A stretch of 55,280 bases of DNA, the filler included, from Platydemus manokwari (Eukaryota), in NCBI GenBank assembly GCA_037951405.1. It is 5 parts of 5 records of this genome, joined end to end, with 100 filler letters (N's around TTAATTAATTAA, not from the genome) between each part and the next. Parts side by side here need not be neighbours in the genome. Positions count along the whole stretch, not along the records: positions 1 to 10,075 come from JBBMOY011171878.1; positions 10,176 to 24,007 come from JBBMOY011602519.1; 3 more parts are not named here. One strand, 5' to 3'. The notes beneath the pieces were generated by a model, which made no database searches, was not told where the DNA came from, and saw only the letters and a program-made list of their open reading frames with translations. Below, piece by piece: positions 1 through 12,873 of this stretch. The position numbers were made by a program, and so were the translations under genes. How positions within the stretch are numbered: position 1 is the first letter of the stretch; every line of letters begins with the position of its first letter.

Positions 1-2229
1 GTATAATATAATTATAATATTTTGAAATTTTATTTAAATAAACGTCGATCACATTAATAAACAAAATTCTAAATAATACGCGTTATTATAATGCGCAGCT
101 GGAAGCAAGATGTAAAACACTGAATTAAGATTTCATAAATATCAATTTCTTGTGAAAATTTGTTTTATCATTGTAAACTGATCAGTATATTTTACGATCG
201 AATTATAATTCCAATTTTACATGACTGGATTTTCGCAATATAAATTTCACGGAATTTTTGATATCAAAAGTTTAAACAAATACGAACAAATATAATTCCA
301 AATTAAAATGAGAGTGTATTTACAAAATATCAAAAAAATTTCAGCGCAAAAACACGATTCTTTGGATCAAATTACACAAAATAGCTGACTTAAACGCTAA
401 TTATGAAATAAGATTAGAAATATTTCTTATTTTTTCTATGTTAAATAGTTATTTAATTCTTTATATTTTGATTGGATTTTTTCTCATCATCTTCTGTCTT
501 ATGTATATTTCCGTCTATACTTTTCTACATTGGTCTTCTCAAAATCGAATGCTAGTATGTGGTCACCATGTTAGTACAGTATTGCTGTCATGTCTTTTAT
601 TTATTACTATTGATATGTGGATGAAATGAGGTATACAGACTGTTAAATAATACACATCATTCTAATCAAATTTCTTCAAATTAACAAACATTGAGTGAGT
701 TGCGAATTTCGGCCGGTGCACCAAAAATTCAATAGATTGAAAAAAATCTACCAATGTTAGTTGTCTATCAAAACACGAACGATTGAAATAATCGGTATTT
801 TGGAATAAATGACAGTATTTTTGAAAGTTAATTCTGTCTTTATCATTAGTGATTTGATGGCCTTTATTTTACAATTTTATATTATTTTATGAATTCGTGC
901 TTGGAGTTTGATTTAAGGGTGTATTGGAATTTTAGTCAATTGTTTTTTTCTTGTCATGAAATGAGTTATAAAATGTAAAAGATATCTGAGTCTTATATAA
1001 TAGCTTTCCAGATTTTTAAAGTAATCCTGAACATTGTGCTTTTAGTTCTAGCGTAATTTATTCAGATTTATTCTTTTATTCTTTTTTATTCTATTCAAAT
1101 CTATTACCAATTCTTTGGCTAAAAAATATTAAACAAAGATATACGTATTTACAATTCTTATTGGTTTACGTAATATTATTAATATATCTAATGATTATTA
1201 TTTTTTTATTTATTAATTTAATGAGACTTATATACGTGTAATTAGTTGGAGGAATATTGCGATTGTAATGAGTTTGGGACAAATATGTTTTAATCGGTGC
1301 AACAAGATATAATATAAACACATAACAAGTATTATGTAAGCATATTTTGTTTGCACCAGCCGCATGTGTTATTATTGGATGTGATAATCATGCAATAAAA
1401 TTGTGTCACGTGAATAATAAAATGACAAAAATGTTCACTACACCTGCGACCTAAATCAAGAACTAATTGAAACTAAGACCATAGTGACATCAAATATGAA
1501 TAAGATTAATATTACGAAAATAACGAAAACATGTAACTCAAGAACGTAATATAATAATTGATAATAATTGATCAACGAATAAATTGAATAGATAAAAGGT
1601 ATTAAGAGAAGATACACAGTATGTAAATTTTAAATAATTATAGCTGGAGATAATTATTTTTCAATTTTAGAAGACATTATAAAGAATCCAAGATTATAAT
1701 AAAATGTAAATGTGAATTCATACAGCACCATTGAAATTTGACTTTCCTTTAGATTTCCACAACGCTAACGGGCAAAAAGAATATTTGCCCATTCTGTAAT
1801 TTTCAATATTTATATCTATTTTAAGACTGAAATTAAAATTTTAAAATTGATTCTCATTTTTTTAAAGGATTTTAATTAATATTGACCAATTAAATCACGA
1901 TTGTTATTTCACTTAAATGTAAAGACCCATTAAATTTATTAAAGGAACACTAAATATAATGTAAAAAGATAATTAAACGAAAATCTTTAATTTCCAAAAT
2001 ATACAAAGAAAACTTTTGCATTTATTACAGAACAAAAAATACATATTTTCAAATAACCATAAATGATATTAAAATAAATAATAATAATAATTTAATATCA
2101 TATAGATATTTGACAATCTACACAGCAAGATCATATGAATACATCAGAAATGGGAATTAACCAAGAGCAGCACCATAATTTATTACAATCTCTTGATTTG
2201 GTAATACATATATAGTTATGTAAATTAAA

Positions 2230-5200
2230 TTAAATTAAAGGAACTTTTCTGAAACTCTCCAATTCCTGCTGAATTCTGGAAATAACACGTAACAATGCTT
2301 CGTTTTGTGATTTTAATTTTTTATTTTCATCACGCAATTTGTAGACTTCCTAAGATTGAAAAATCACATTCGATTAAATCATATTGTGTTTTAAAATTCA
2401 AAATGTAAAAATTATTCGCTAAATGTGAAGTCGCGATTCATATTTTGACCTTTAAGATAAGAATGATCAAATCACTCAAATAAATTGGACAAAACAATAC
2501 ATTTGATATTTAGAAGTACTAATCGATGTGAATACAGATATTTCGAATTTGATTTTATAATATTATTTCAGATATGAATTTATCTCAGGCTTAATAATTT
2601 CAAGCGACCAAACTTGAAATTATTGTGTGATTAAGCAGCTTATTTAACTGACTTTTAGAAGTAATGCAAAGTTAGTTATATCATAAATAATAGCAAATCA
2701 AAAAGCATAAAAATTAAATATTACTTGACATAAAAGTAAATTTTATAATGGCTTTTCAAATTTGCCATAAATTGTCTCGGAAATCTTATTCAAATGAATA
2801 ACACAATAATATGGTACAACCAGTGCATGTATGGAAAGTAAAATTATATAACAAGGAGATTAGGAATAATGAGAAAAACATTACATGTTATACTAGAATC
2901 AACACAAATCCCCATCAAAACAAAAAGAAAACCCAATAACAAAAAGAAAGCACTAGTAATATATTTTAATTTTAACTCTGGTGAGAAATATGTCAAGATA
3001 AAAACATTGATGACGTGAGAAAATATGTTTGAAATTATAAATATTACATGTTTCACAAAGAAAGTAAATAAATCAATATTGGAAGAACTTCATAAATACT
3101 TCCATCTATGTTACATTTATAAAAGTATATACTGAGATAAAATGAAAACGTCCAATCGTTCGCATTTCTAATGAACAAAGTAAATTACAATTTTCATCAA
3201 TTATTTCAAAAATATGTGGATTATTATTTAAATTATTATCCAATGAGAGAAATCCAAATTAAATTAAAAAATTATTTTGATAAATAAATGTTTTATTTAT
3301 TATTATTTTTCAAAGGAGTGGATTATAGAGGAAAATTTTTTATCAATATTTAAATAAAACTAAATTGGAAGAACTAAATGGTAATTGGTTCCAAAATCAA
3401 AAATTAATATATATCTTTAAATAATTTCGATTACAACACACCGAGTATATATGAGAGCTTCAATAAACATTATCACAGACTAGACATTGACCTTTCCACT
3501 TTTAACAGTTCTTATAAATCCAACAAGTACATTGGATAGGAAAATGGTATCAAATTGATTAAATAATTAAATAGCTTGATCATATAAATATAGATGTCAA
3601 AAATCCAAACAAAATGTTACCAGTAAATGATCGAAAACTTTGTGATTAAAATGTAGTAAAATTATTTATATAATCAATATTAGAACAAGTTACACAAATA
3701 AATGTACACACTAACTGTTTCAAACTTTGAAACTTTGTCATCGTTTTCGTTTTGATCTTTTTTCTTATCAGTAATAATCGATGTGCTTGATTCTAACTGT
3801 ATGTTTTTCTCTTTAAGCTCTTTGATCTCTTCGTTTAATAAAGAGATCTCTTTAAGTAATTCTTGCTTGGTAGTTTGATCACTGAGCATCTTCGTAAGAA
3901 TTGACTTCGAAATTTGGTTCTGAATCAGAAAGAGATGGTGCGAAATGTAATTCAAATTTCCATTTATTGTATAATCAATAATATTGTTACCACATAATAA
4001 TAGCAAAACTATATTTAGATTGGAACAGTTATTATATTTTAAAAAATGCAAAAATATAATTGAAAATTTTAAAATCTACCTCGTCTTTCAAACAATTGTT
4101 ATCAGAAGTCTCAGATGTTGAAGACGTTTCGTCTTTATCTTCTTTATCAACTGAAACTGATAACGGATGTTTCGAATCTAAATTATATATAAAACATCAA
4201 TACAGTTTGAATTTAGCTTGAATTTAAAGAGAAAGTTTTCGATTTTGCGATTGCTCAAATTTTCATTTTTTGAATGAATAATTTGTAGAGAAAATATAAA
4301 AAGTTATGAAACATCATTTTTAATTTTGACTTACTTTTAACAGTTCCCTTTTAATTATTAAATGAATAATAACCACTTCTTTAATATATCGATTAACACA
4401 TTCTATAAACATGACAACAAGAAATCTAATAATCATGCGAATAATATACACGAATAATAACAATAATAACAATAATACTTTCATTCATTATATGTATTCA
4501 AAACCACTAGCATAATGCTTTCGTGCTATATTCAAGTTAATATTTAATTAGCTTTTAAAGTGGATGCCTTCAATTTGGTATATATCGATTAGATATTGAA
4601 GGAATCATAACTATCATATATATCATCGAAGGTGATTTCTGCTGTCAACAACTGTTTTGATTATTGGTGAAATGTATACATTACGATGTTAAATATTTGT
4701 AAAATTGATTTCTTGCATTAAATATATCAATTAGTCGAATAAATATCTGGTTCCAATAGATCGACAAGAGTAAGAACATAGATACTTATTTGATTTTTGT
4801 TAGTGAATAACAAAATTAATATCTAAACATATTCATCGGTTGATGTCTACATCGTCAAATTCAAAATATCTGTGCTAAATGACGTTATTCGTGTGTATTT
4901 AGTTTATCAATTTAAATTTGGACCTGAAAACCCAGTAGAGACTCCCTTTAAAAAAGTATAACGGTTCTGGTAAGATAAAGTAGCGATATATTTTATTCGA
5001 GTCCATATAATATTGCGGCCACAATTCGTGAAAACCATGTTTTAGAAAAGGGAACATACATCATCAAATGTGAATATTTTACGGATTAGTGATTATTTTA
5101 AAAAATGTATTTTCATCTAAAAATTGACATCATTTATTTCTGGGGTGACCAACCGGTCTATATTGAAGCCAATTTTAGTCGATCGCGTGAGATGTTATTC

Positions 5201-8200
5201 AAATGAAAAGTCGATCTTACGTACACAAAAGTTGGCCACCTCTGATTTATTTGATTACTTATGATAGAAAACTAATTTAATTGACATTGATTGGAAAATT
5301 CAGAAAATTTTACCGTGATATTCTGATTTCTTTGTATCGTTAGAGTTACCAAAAACTGGTCGCGCAACAAAACTTCCACTATCTCTATCCATTAAATAAT
5401 CTGAATTTGGAATGTGCTTCACACCGGAATACTTAGTTGAATCATTTTTGGAAAAGGCATCAGTATTCTTATCGAAATCTCCCGCTTCAATACATTGGTT
5501 TACATTCAATCCTCGACCACCTGGAGTAATTATTGGATTTGAAATTGTAAGAGCCTAAATCGAATCATTAAATTTGAAAAATTTAAATGAAATGAGCTAA
5601 TTAACACAGAAAGCCTTTGTTAAATTAATAATAAACGACATAGCAATCGAGAGGTTAGAGAAAAACATACTACGAGAAAACCATTCAAAAAACAATAAAA
5701 ACCAACACATGAAAGTAGACAACAATGTTACGTCTAGATTACTTACTGGTTTCTGTGTATCCGTCGATACCTTTTTAATAAAACCTTTTATCTTGTTTGA
5801 TATTTGAAATCGTGCTCGATCGTGTGTAATGGATTGGGTTTGCTATTTTAGACAAAATTAATGAGAGAATAATTTAACAAATTCATCAACGTATATCATC
5901 ATATGATCATACCTCAATAATGTCACAAAATAAATCATTCAATAACAATGGTAATTGTATTAATGACATCAATATGTTTTACCAAACAAAAGTCAATGAG
6001 AAAATTAGTAAAAAAAATCGTTCCTTTACTGTTTATATTTGAGACAATAGAAAATTAAATTGAGATTAAAACGAACCAAAAAATATCCCATTTACAATGG
6101 GAAAAGAAATTAAGAATGATCCGTATCGATTTTTGTTTATTTTTCATTGCAATTGTCAAAAATGATTAATATATACATGATGACACTATCGATATATGAT
6201 TGTAATCAAATACAAATCAAATAATATACACAATTTTATCAATATTTACATTTTTATTCGAGCAAAAAAAATAATCAATCACACTGATAATTACAACTTT
6301 ATACAACGATGTATTAAACTAATGTACACTTGGCGTGTTTGATCTTATCGGGTTGGAGTATTTTGGTTTATTTAATTGTAAATCAAATTATCATCACCCC
6401 CACACGTGCTCAAAACAGCGAGAATTATTTTAGGATTTTCTTTTAATTAATCAATTTATGCATTCAGTAAATTAGCTGAATTTTCGTTTTGGCTTTATCG
6501 AATAAGCCGATTTGTTCGAACTATAATAATAATAGACATAATCCATAAACGATCCCACGGCATGTATAAGTGTCAAAAATAAAAGACTCATTATATAAAT
6601 ATAAAATCAATATGGTATAAATATTTAAACAGATAACCAACGTACCTGTGATATTGGACAAGATACCTGATATTTTAACGGAATTCGTCTGGAACTAATA
6701 TTAGAATCTACATGGTCCCCATCGGATTTATCAATCAAATTAGTTTTGTTTTTCTCGATTGACTTGTTCGTCAAAAAGTCAAATTTAGTCTCTTCTTTAT
6801 TTATATTATTACAAGATCTGATTTCAATTTTGGATAAATCGTCGACTCTGTTTTCCAATAAGAAATTTTCTTTCAGAACATCAAGTTTATCATTGTTTTT
6901 CGATTTTTTTATTTCCGCACAACTACTACTTGTTTTAACGACATTTTCTGAGGAATCAGTTTTAGTGTCCTTATCAATTGGCTGAAATTTTTTTTCCACT
7001 TCTTTATATCCACCTAAATCTATAGCTTGTGTAGATCTCCGTATTGATCTAACTCGGCGTGCTTTTTCTCTGCGCATTACTTCGGCTTCATCTGATTTTG
7101 AGGGTGCCATGACCAATGACGTCCTAAAATGTGGAAAAATATTACAAAACAGAAATAATAACCAAGTATAATTAATCAATATTCTCGTTCCATGTAAGGA
7201 CCATAAAAACTAAAATTACCTGACAACTAGGTTTGCAAAACATGTTCAATGATGTATACTGAAAAATGCTGTTGAGAAAATCTTATAACAATATAGCGGT
7301 AAATATTTTCAAAAATATTAACACAGACAAAATTCAACAAACCATAAAACCGAAAAATCAACAAATTGCGTACTCATAATCAAGTCATGTTATGCAGAAA
7401 TATACATCACAATTTCACTATTTATGCACAACAATATAAACATTACTAACACTATTTTCAAATATTGATCATAGAAAAAGTAGATATTTGTTTAAATCCT
7501 TTGGTAAAAATTTGAAAAAGATTTCCACTCCAATTGCAATATTTTTTAATAAATTTAAATCAATTTCGATAAAAATAAACATTGAAAATTAGATAAGATT
7601 TAATTAGAAATAATAAATAATCAAAATGCCAATTGAGAGGAATACCGATTACGATCAATATATACATCCAAGACATCATCTGATAAGACAAAATCTCAAT
7701 TTTAACATATGTATAAGAATTATGCAACAATCATTAAACTAAAATTTTATTATTAAATATTAATTAGCAGGATAATTAGAAATGTATTAATCAGCTTTTT
7801 GAAAACACTACTACTACAACTTACCTTCCCAGGGTGCTTCGATGTGAAATAATTGCATCACGTGTACTAATATATTAATGAATACCCATTAAATTGACAT
7901 TTCATATAGCTAGATTTACAAATAAAATATCAATTACCTTTTCGGTCTCAATCGTATTTCGGTTTCATGTGATTTAAATATCTCTGAATCAGAATTAATA
8001 TCGCTGCCAACTTCATTCATTAAAGCTCCGTTCTAATTGGAAATGAATAAAAATAAAAACTGATAAATTAATTAATTAATCAAAAAGGTATTTGTAGTTA
8101 TTTTATTAGAAAATGAAATAAAAAATAAAAAATATATGAAGATATAACAGAAACTTGAATGAGTTTGAAATTTGATGTAAGAAAATATTTATTTGTCGAG

Positions 8201-9100
8201 ATATTATTATTAAAAAATAACATTTTATACAATTAAGCCTGTATGTGACAAGTAAATTGGAAACTTGAAGAATCAATACTGACTACACAAACACACAATT
8301 GTCGATAAAAATCAGTTGACCAAGAAATAATTGATTTTTTGTCATCCGTAAAAAATCCAGATTTCAATATAATCGTAGTAAAAGGTAGCAATTACCATCT
8401 TCTGTAGTACCACCTATTTTACTATCTATGATATGCCATCCATTGTACTTATACGTAAATTATTATCATATGTTAAATGATTTAAATACAAAACAACTAT
8501 AGTGTGGTCACTTGTGAATCAATTAAAACCTGAATCGGTTGAACATAATTAAAACAAATATAAATAAGACAAAGTGGAGGATTGAATTGAAAATTATTCA
8601 AAGTCATTCAATTAGTCATTGATACGCTCCGATTATTGATAATTAATAATGTATTTTATATATATACATATATAATCAATATCATCATTACATTGGAATC
8701 CGTAATATTATTCTTGGAATTATTGCCATTTGATAATTGAATTATTTGTGACGAATGATCTATCGGAATTTTTGATTGCAAATTATCCTGAGAATAGTTG
8801 GTATTATTCTTGATTCGATTCAAGTTTATATCGCTTTTATCACCGTCGATTTCATAATCATCAATCGATGATGTTTTGAAATCGTTAAATTCCGATATTG
8901 ATGTTGATAAATTATCATCATTGAGTTCTAATTTGATGTTTTTATCAGGTGAAATCATCTTTTCATCGCATTCTTCGATAGTTAAAATACCAGCAGAATC
9001 GGAATTTAAACCCGCCTTAACGAGCGTTTCTCGTTCCGATGCTGGATCTTTCATTTGAAACTTTTTTTTCCATTCAACACTTTGACGACCAATTGAGCTT
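2230..9100 (-). CDS. PPP1R12: Myosin phosphatase targeting subunit (MYPT1/PPP1R12-like), C-terminal portion, multi-exon
   Basis: Phase-compatible GT-AG exons: 9100-8692, 8032-7938, 7123-6667 (or -6646), 5842-5747, 5554-5314, 4177-4080, 3919-3716, 2349-2230 (stop TAA 2232-2230). The product contains DEAEVMRREKARRVRSIRRSTQAIDL, matching the MYPT1 inhibitory motif DEESESQRKARSRQARQSRRSTQGVTL. It ends in a coiled coil/leucine zipper, EVYKLRDENKKLKSQNEALLRVISRI (MYPT1: [22 protein letters not shown]). The last exon is absent from the ORF track. No ankyrin repeats seen. Confidence 0.85.
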
Positions 9101-10075
9101 CTATTTTGCAAAATTAAACAAATATTAGTGATTTCAAATTAAACAACTCAAAATTGCAAGCAAGTTTAGTAGGGTTAATTCTAACTATAGTTTCGTATAC
9201 TGAAGTGAATTAATAAATCAAAATTATCTTATCAATTAATTCTCTCCATTTGTAAACTAATATTAACACTCCGACAAACCGGTCAAACGTTATTATTTGT
9301 TTTGGTCTATAATGTTTTCTTAATTAACATGACATGAAATCAAGTGTTATTGTAGTGGAATAATCATAACATAGTATTTAACTTTTAATTAATTAAAGCG
9401 AAATAAATTATAAACATTTTGAAAAAATAAAACACCAATTCTTTATATCCTTTATACTCCCAATTACCGGATACGTTAAATCACTTCAAATGTGTATCGC
9501 TCTGAATTTCAAACTCTCTGTAAGGTTCTAATGGGAGAATTAATTGTTTCCATAATTTTTTTTAAATAATCTACTAGATCTAATAATCATAAGTGAAAAA
9601 GGAATAAAGAAAATCAATAAATATAACACGCAAACTTTAAGCTAACCGTGAAAAATTTTTGCTGAAAATAATAAATAATGAAAAATCAATAAATAAACCT
9701 AAAACATTTAATTTCGAAAAGTAGATAGCAATAATTTGAAATTTATAAATTTAACTTTTCATTTTTACATATTTTATTAAAAAATAGAGATAACTAATGC
9801 TCTATTATTTATAATAAAAATAATTAAAACCCGTGTTATTTATTTCATAATTCCGTTTCTCAAGAAAAGTTGAACAAAGATATAAAAACATTTAATATTT
9901 TTCTGCATTTAAATAAAATAATTTTATAATATATTACAACATAATAGTTGGTCTATTGTATACACACACAATTAATAAAAACATTAAATTTTCCGAAAAT
10001 AATATGTAGGTATCACATAAACTTTTTCAAAGTTCATTTTTATTTTCACATATTTTATATATTAAGTCGAATTTG

Positions 10076-10175
10076 NNNNNNNNNNNNNNNNNNNNNNNNN
10101 NNNNNNNNNNNNNNNNNNNTTAATTAATTAANNNNNNNNNNNNNNNNNNNNNNNNNNNNNNNNNNNNNNNNNNNN
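10076..10175. other. Artificial contig spacer (44 N + TTAATTAATTAA + 44 N)
   Basis: Identical 100-nt block occurs four times; TTAATTAATTAA gives stops in all six frames. Confidence 0.97.
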
Positions 10176-10605
10176 ACTCGTCCATGTCTACCTTCCATTG
10201 TAGACTCTGGTAGGAGGAGGTTGATTGAGGTGATTTGATCTTCTGATATAGGAAGATATGGAGGGTGATCCAGTTGTTGATCGATTTAATGCATTGTTTT
10301 GTTGTGTTGTTGTTGATCCCTCGTTCATTCTGCAACAATACTAAATAGTATTGATGGGCTTTGATGATGTCTATAATTATTTATTAGCTGTGAAGTAGAT
10401 ATCAAGATCGGACTTGTCACAGTACCGAAATGGTGGATGAATGTATAAATTCGAATTAGATATAAATAAAAATAATTGAAGACTTTTGCTGAATAGATAC
10501 AATGTACTGTTATGTTGTTATGGTTAGGTTTCCTCACTCCAGAAGATTTTTAATTTATTGTAACTTATAAACTTGTGATTCCTGACTCCAGAAGGTCGTG
10601 TAACA
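10176..10605 (-). mobile_element. Possible LTR (10415-10605) with adjacent degenerate gag-like start
   Basis: 191-bp segment with TG...CA termini and short inverted ends (TGTCAC...GTAACA) and an internal ACTCCAGAAG direct repeat. On the minus strand it is followed by a reading frame MNEGSTTTQQ...NQPPPTRVYNGR* next to the contig end. No canonical TGG primer-binding site or TSD seen. Confidence 0.3.
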
Positions 10606-11377
10606 AAATTATGTAAGCGATATTAATTATAAATAAACTTAATAAAATAATCGGTACGACAATGCACATTTGTTCTAAAATAAATTAATCTGTGAGAGTG
10701 AGGTATAATTTTAATTAAACATTGTTGTGTGTTCTTTTTATCGACAAATAGCTTTAATTTGAATATCACATCGAACTTCCATGTTAAGGTTAAAGAAGCA
10801 CAGTGTGTAATAAAAATTATACAAAAACTTAAGTGACCAATTTACCAAAAAATGATATTTTAAAGGATAAATACAATATAGATGAAATCTATAAAGATGA
10901 TTCATCATGATCTCAACTACAATAAAATTTCCATCATCGAAGAAATATGTTTTAATGATTGCTTCGTTAATGAAAACTTCACAAGGCTTATTGTACTGTC
11001 GAGATGATTAAAATATATTGCCATATTACTATTATTTTTTTGCATCATTAGATAGATCAGAAAAAATGTAATATTGAATAAAGATAAAACCAACTTTATT
11101 ATTGACAAATTTAGCCCATAACAATCCTTTTACAAAGGCCACAGACAGTTTAATGAAGTAATAGAAAGACTTAAACAAATGTTTTCAGCAAATTATTTGT
11201 CTCCCATGCACATATCAGAAAGATTATTTATTTATATAAATTTTTTAATAAATTTGAATGAAAATAAGGAAAGAAATTATTATATATTCAAAGCTTGATT
11301 TGACAAATATTTAAGAAATCGAAAAATCTATTAATAAATCTGATAGCATAAATTTAAATTTAAAAAATTCCAACGTA

Positions 11378-12589
11378 ATGATATACAATTCGCTATTTGG
11401 AGTTTATAAAGAAGCTGTATATGTGATATTAAAAGATGCTCTACAGAGAATATCCGTGTTGCAACACTTATCTCCACAGTATTTCTGTGACAATGGATCT
11501 CTATTAAATGGGAAGTTGAATAATGAAATACTTTTACCGAAAATATCAACGAAAAATATGTCAGTTTCAGAACAAGGGTCCGTTATTAAATCAAATAAAG
11601 ATGATACGTGTTCTAGAATGTCGAGTTCGACAGTTGAAGGAGCAACTTACGGACCATGTGGACGTTTTGAAAGACGAATGTGCCAGATTCTTGATTCAAT
11701 CGAATTAGCAAGAGCAGAAATAACGGGAGTGAAAGCAATACAGTTGGCTAATGGCCGTATTCAATATATAAACGAACAACAGATTAAAGATCGAAAATCA
11801 AACGAAGATTTACACACCATAAGTAATTGCTTAGACCAGATTTTGGAAGAATTGGAAACTAAAGGCACCTATGATATTTTAATTAATTATGTGAGTGAGA
11901 AAATGGAAGGGATTGATAAAATGGAAATGTCAGCAACATCAGACAAAGTATCGGAAGCAGAAATACATGCTATGGAAATGAAAATAGAAAACTCCCAATT
12001 GGAATACAAAGCAACGTTGGATGAGCTTTTGGCATTGATTCGTCATTTAAAGCATCAAAAACAAGAACTTCAACAAAAAAATCAAATGGAGTACAATTTT
12101 ATAAAGGCCAAAACCGACAGCGATACCGAACAATTGAAGCTTCAATCACAGTCTATAGAAAATGAAATCATCGAAGAAATGTCGAATATTCATTGTTTAA
12201 TCAAAAGAGAAAATCAAGTCAATTCGGAATTATCTATGTTTTTACGAAATAGTATTCAAACAATGGAACAAAGTATCGAATATTGGATTAATATTCATTC
12301 GAAAGAAACATCAAAGTTTCAAGGAATGGTAAAGAGCCTTAAGAAAAAATTCCAAAATTTAAAGACCGAACTGGAGACTCTGGCAACAAAGTATGTGACT
12401 TATGAAAAGGTGTGCATTGAAGATCGGATAATGAAAGCCGAACAAGCCAAACAAGATGAAATCGAAGCATTTTTCAATAATAAAGCTTTAATGATTCAAA
12501 AATGGTGGCGATACATTTGTGTCATGTTGTCAATAGGGCCACATGCACCAAAGAAAAAAGGAAAAAAGGGTAAAAATAAAAAAAAGTAA
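11378..12589 (+). CDS. IQCG: Dynein regulatory complex subunit 9 (IQCG/DRC9)-like coiled-coil protein, intronless
   Basis: 403-aa ORF with a long coiled coil, a C-terminal IQ motif (KALMIQKWWR) followed by IGP and a Lys/Gly tail (KKKGKKGKNKKK). This is the IQCG/DRC9 architecture; IQCD/DRC10 is the alternative. Confidence 0.75.
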   Translation: MIYNSLFGVYKEAVYVILKDALQRISVLQHLSPQYFCDNGSLLNGKLNNEILLPKISTKNMSVSEQGSVIKSNKDDTCSRMSSSTVEGATYGPCGRFERRMCQILDSIELARAEITGVKAIQLANGRIQYINEQQIKDRKSNEDLHTISNCLDQILEELETKGTYDILINYVSEKMEGIDKMEMSATSDKVSEAEIHAMEMKIENSQLEYKATLDELLALIRHLKHQKQELQQKNQMEYNFIKAKTDSDTEQLKLQSQSIENEIIEEMSNIHCLIKRENQVNSELSMFLRNSIQTMEQSIEYWINIHSKETSKFQGMVKSLKKKFQNLKTELETLATKYVTYEKVCIEDRIMKAEQAKQDEIEAFFNNKALMIQKWWRYICVMLSIGPHAPKKKGKKGKNKKK

Positions 12590-12873
12590 AATAAATCAAC
12601 GGTTGTAGGTGGTTGAACAATGTATTGGAATCGAGTACATTGATAGGGTCGATTGATGAGAATTTCATAAACAATTGAATGATGTGAATAATTTTGAATT
12701 TTTTCAAAATAAATATATTTTGTTCAACCTTCTCATTAATAACCTACAAAACTATAATTAGAAAAACTATAATTATTCTTTAATATAATTTTATAATTTT
12801 TTCCATATTAATAAGGATCAGTAGCTTGATTGGAATCTATTTCAACTCAAAAGATACGATTGATATGTTCATT

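Noticed and set aside
438-3056. Short hydrophobic ORFs 438-629 and 2844-3056 (and similar F/I/L-rich ORFs elsewhere) as membrane microproteins
   Set aside because: Expected by chance from T-rich intronic or intergenic DNA; no splice or homology support.
6746-9058. Plus-strand ORFs 6746-6985 and 8876-9058
   Set aside because: Antisense shadows of MYPT-like exons.
10120-10131. TTAATTAATTAA palindrome repeated four times as a biological motif or array
   Set aside because: It is always centred in exactly 44+44 Ns; it is an assembly linker with six-frame stops.
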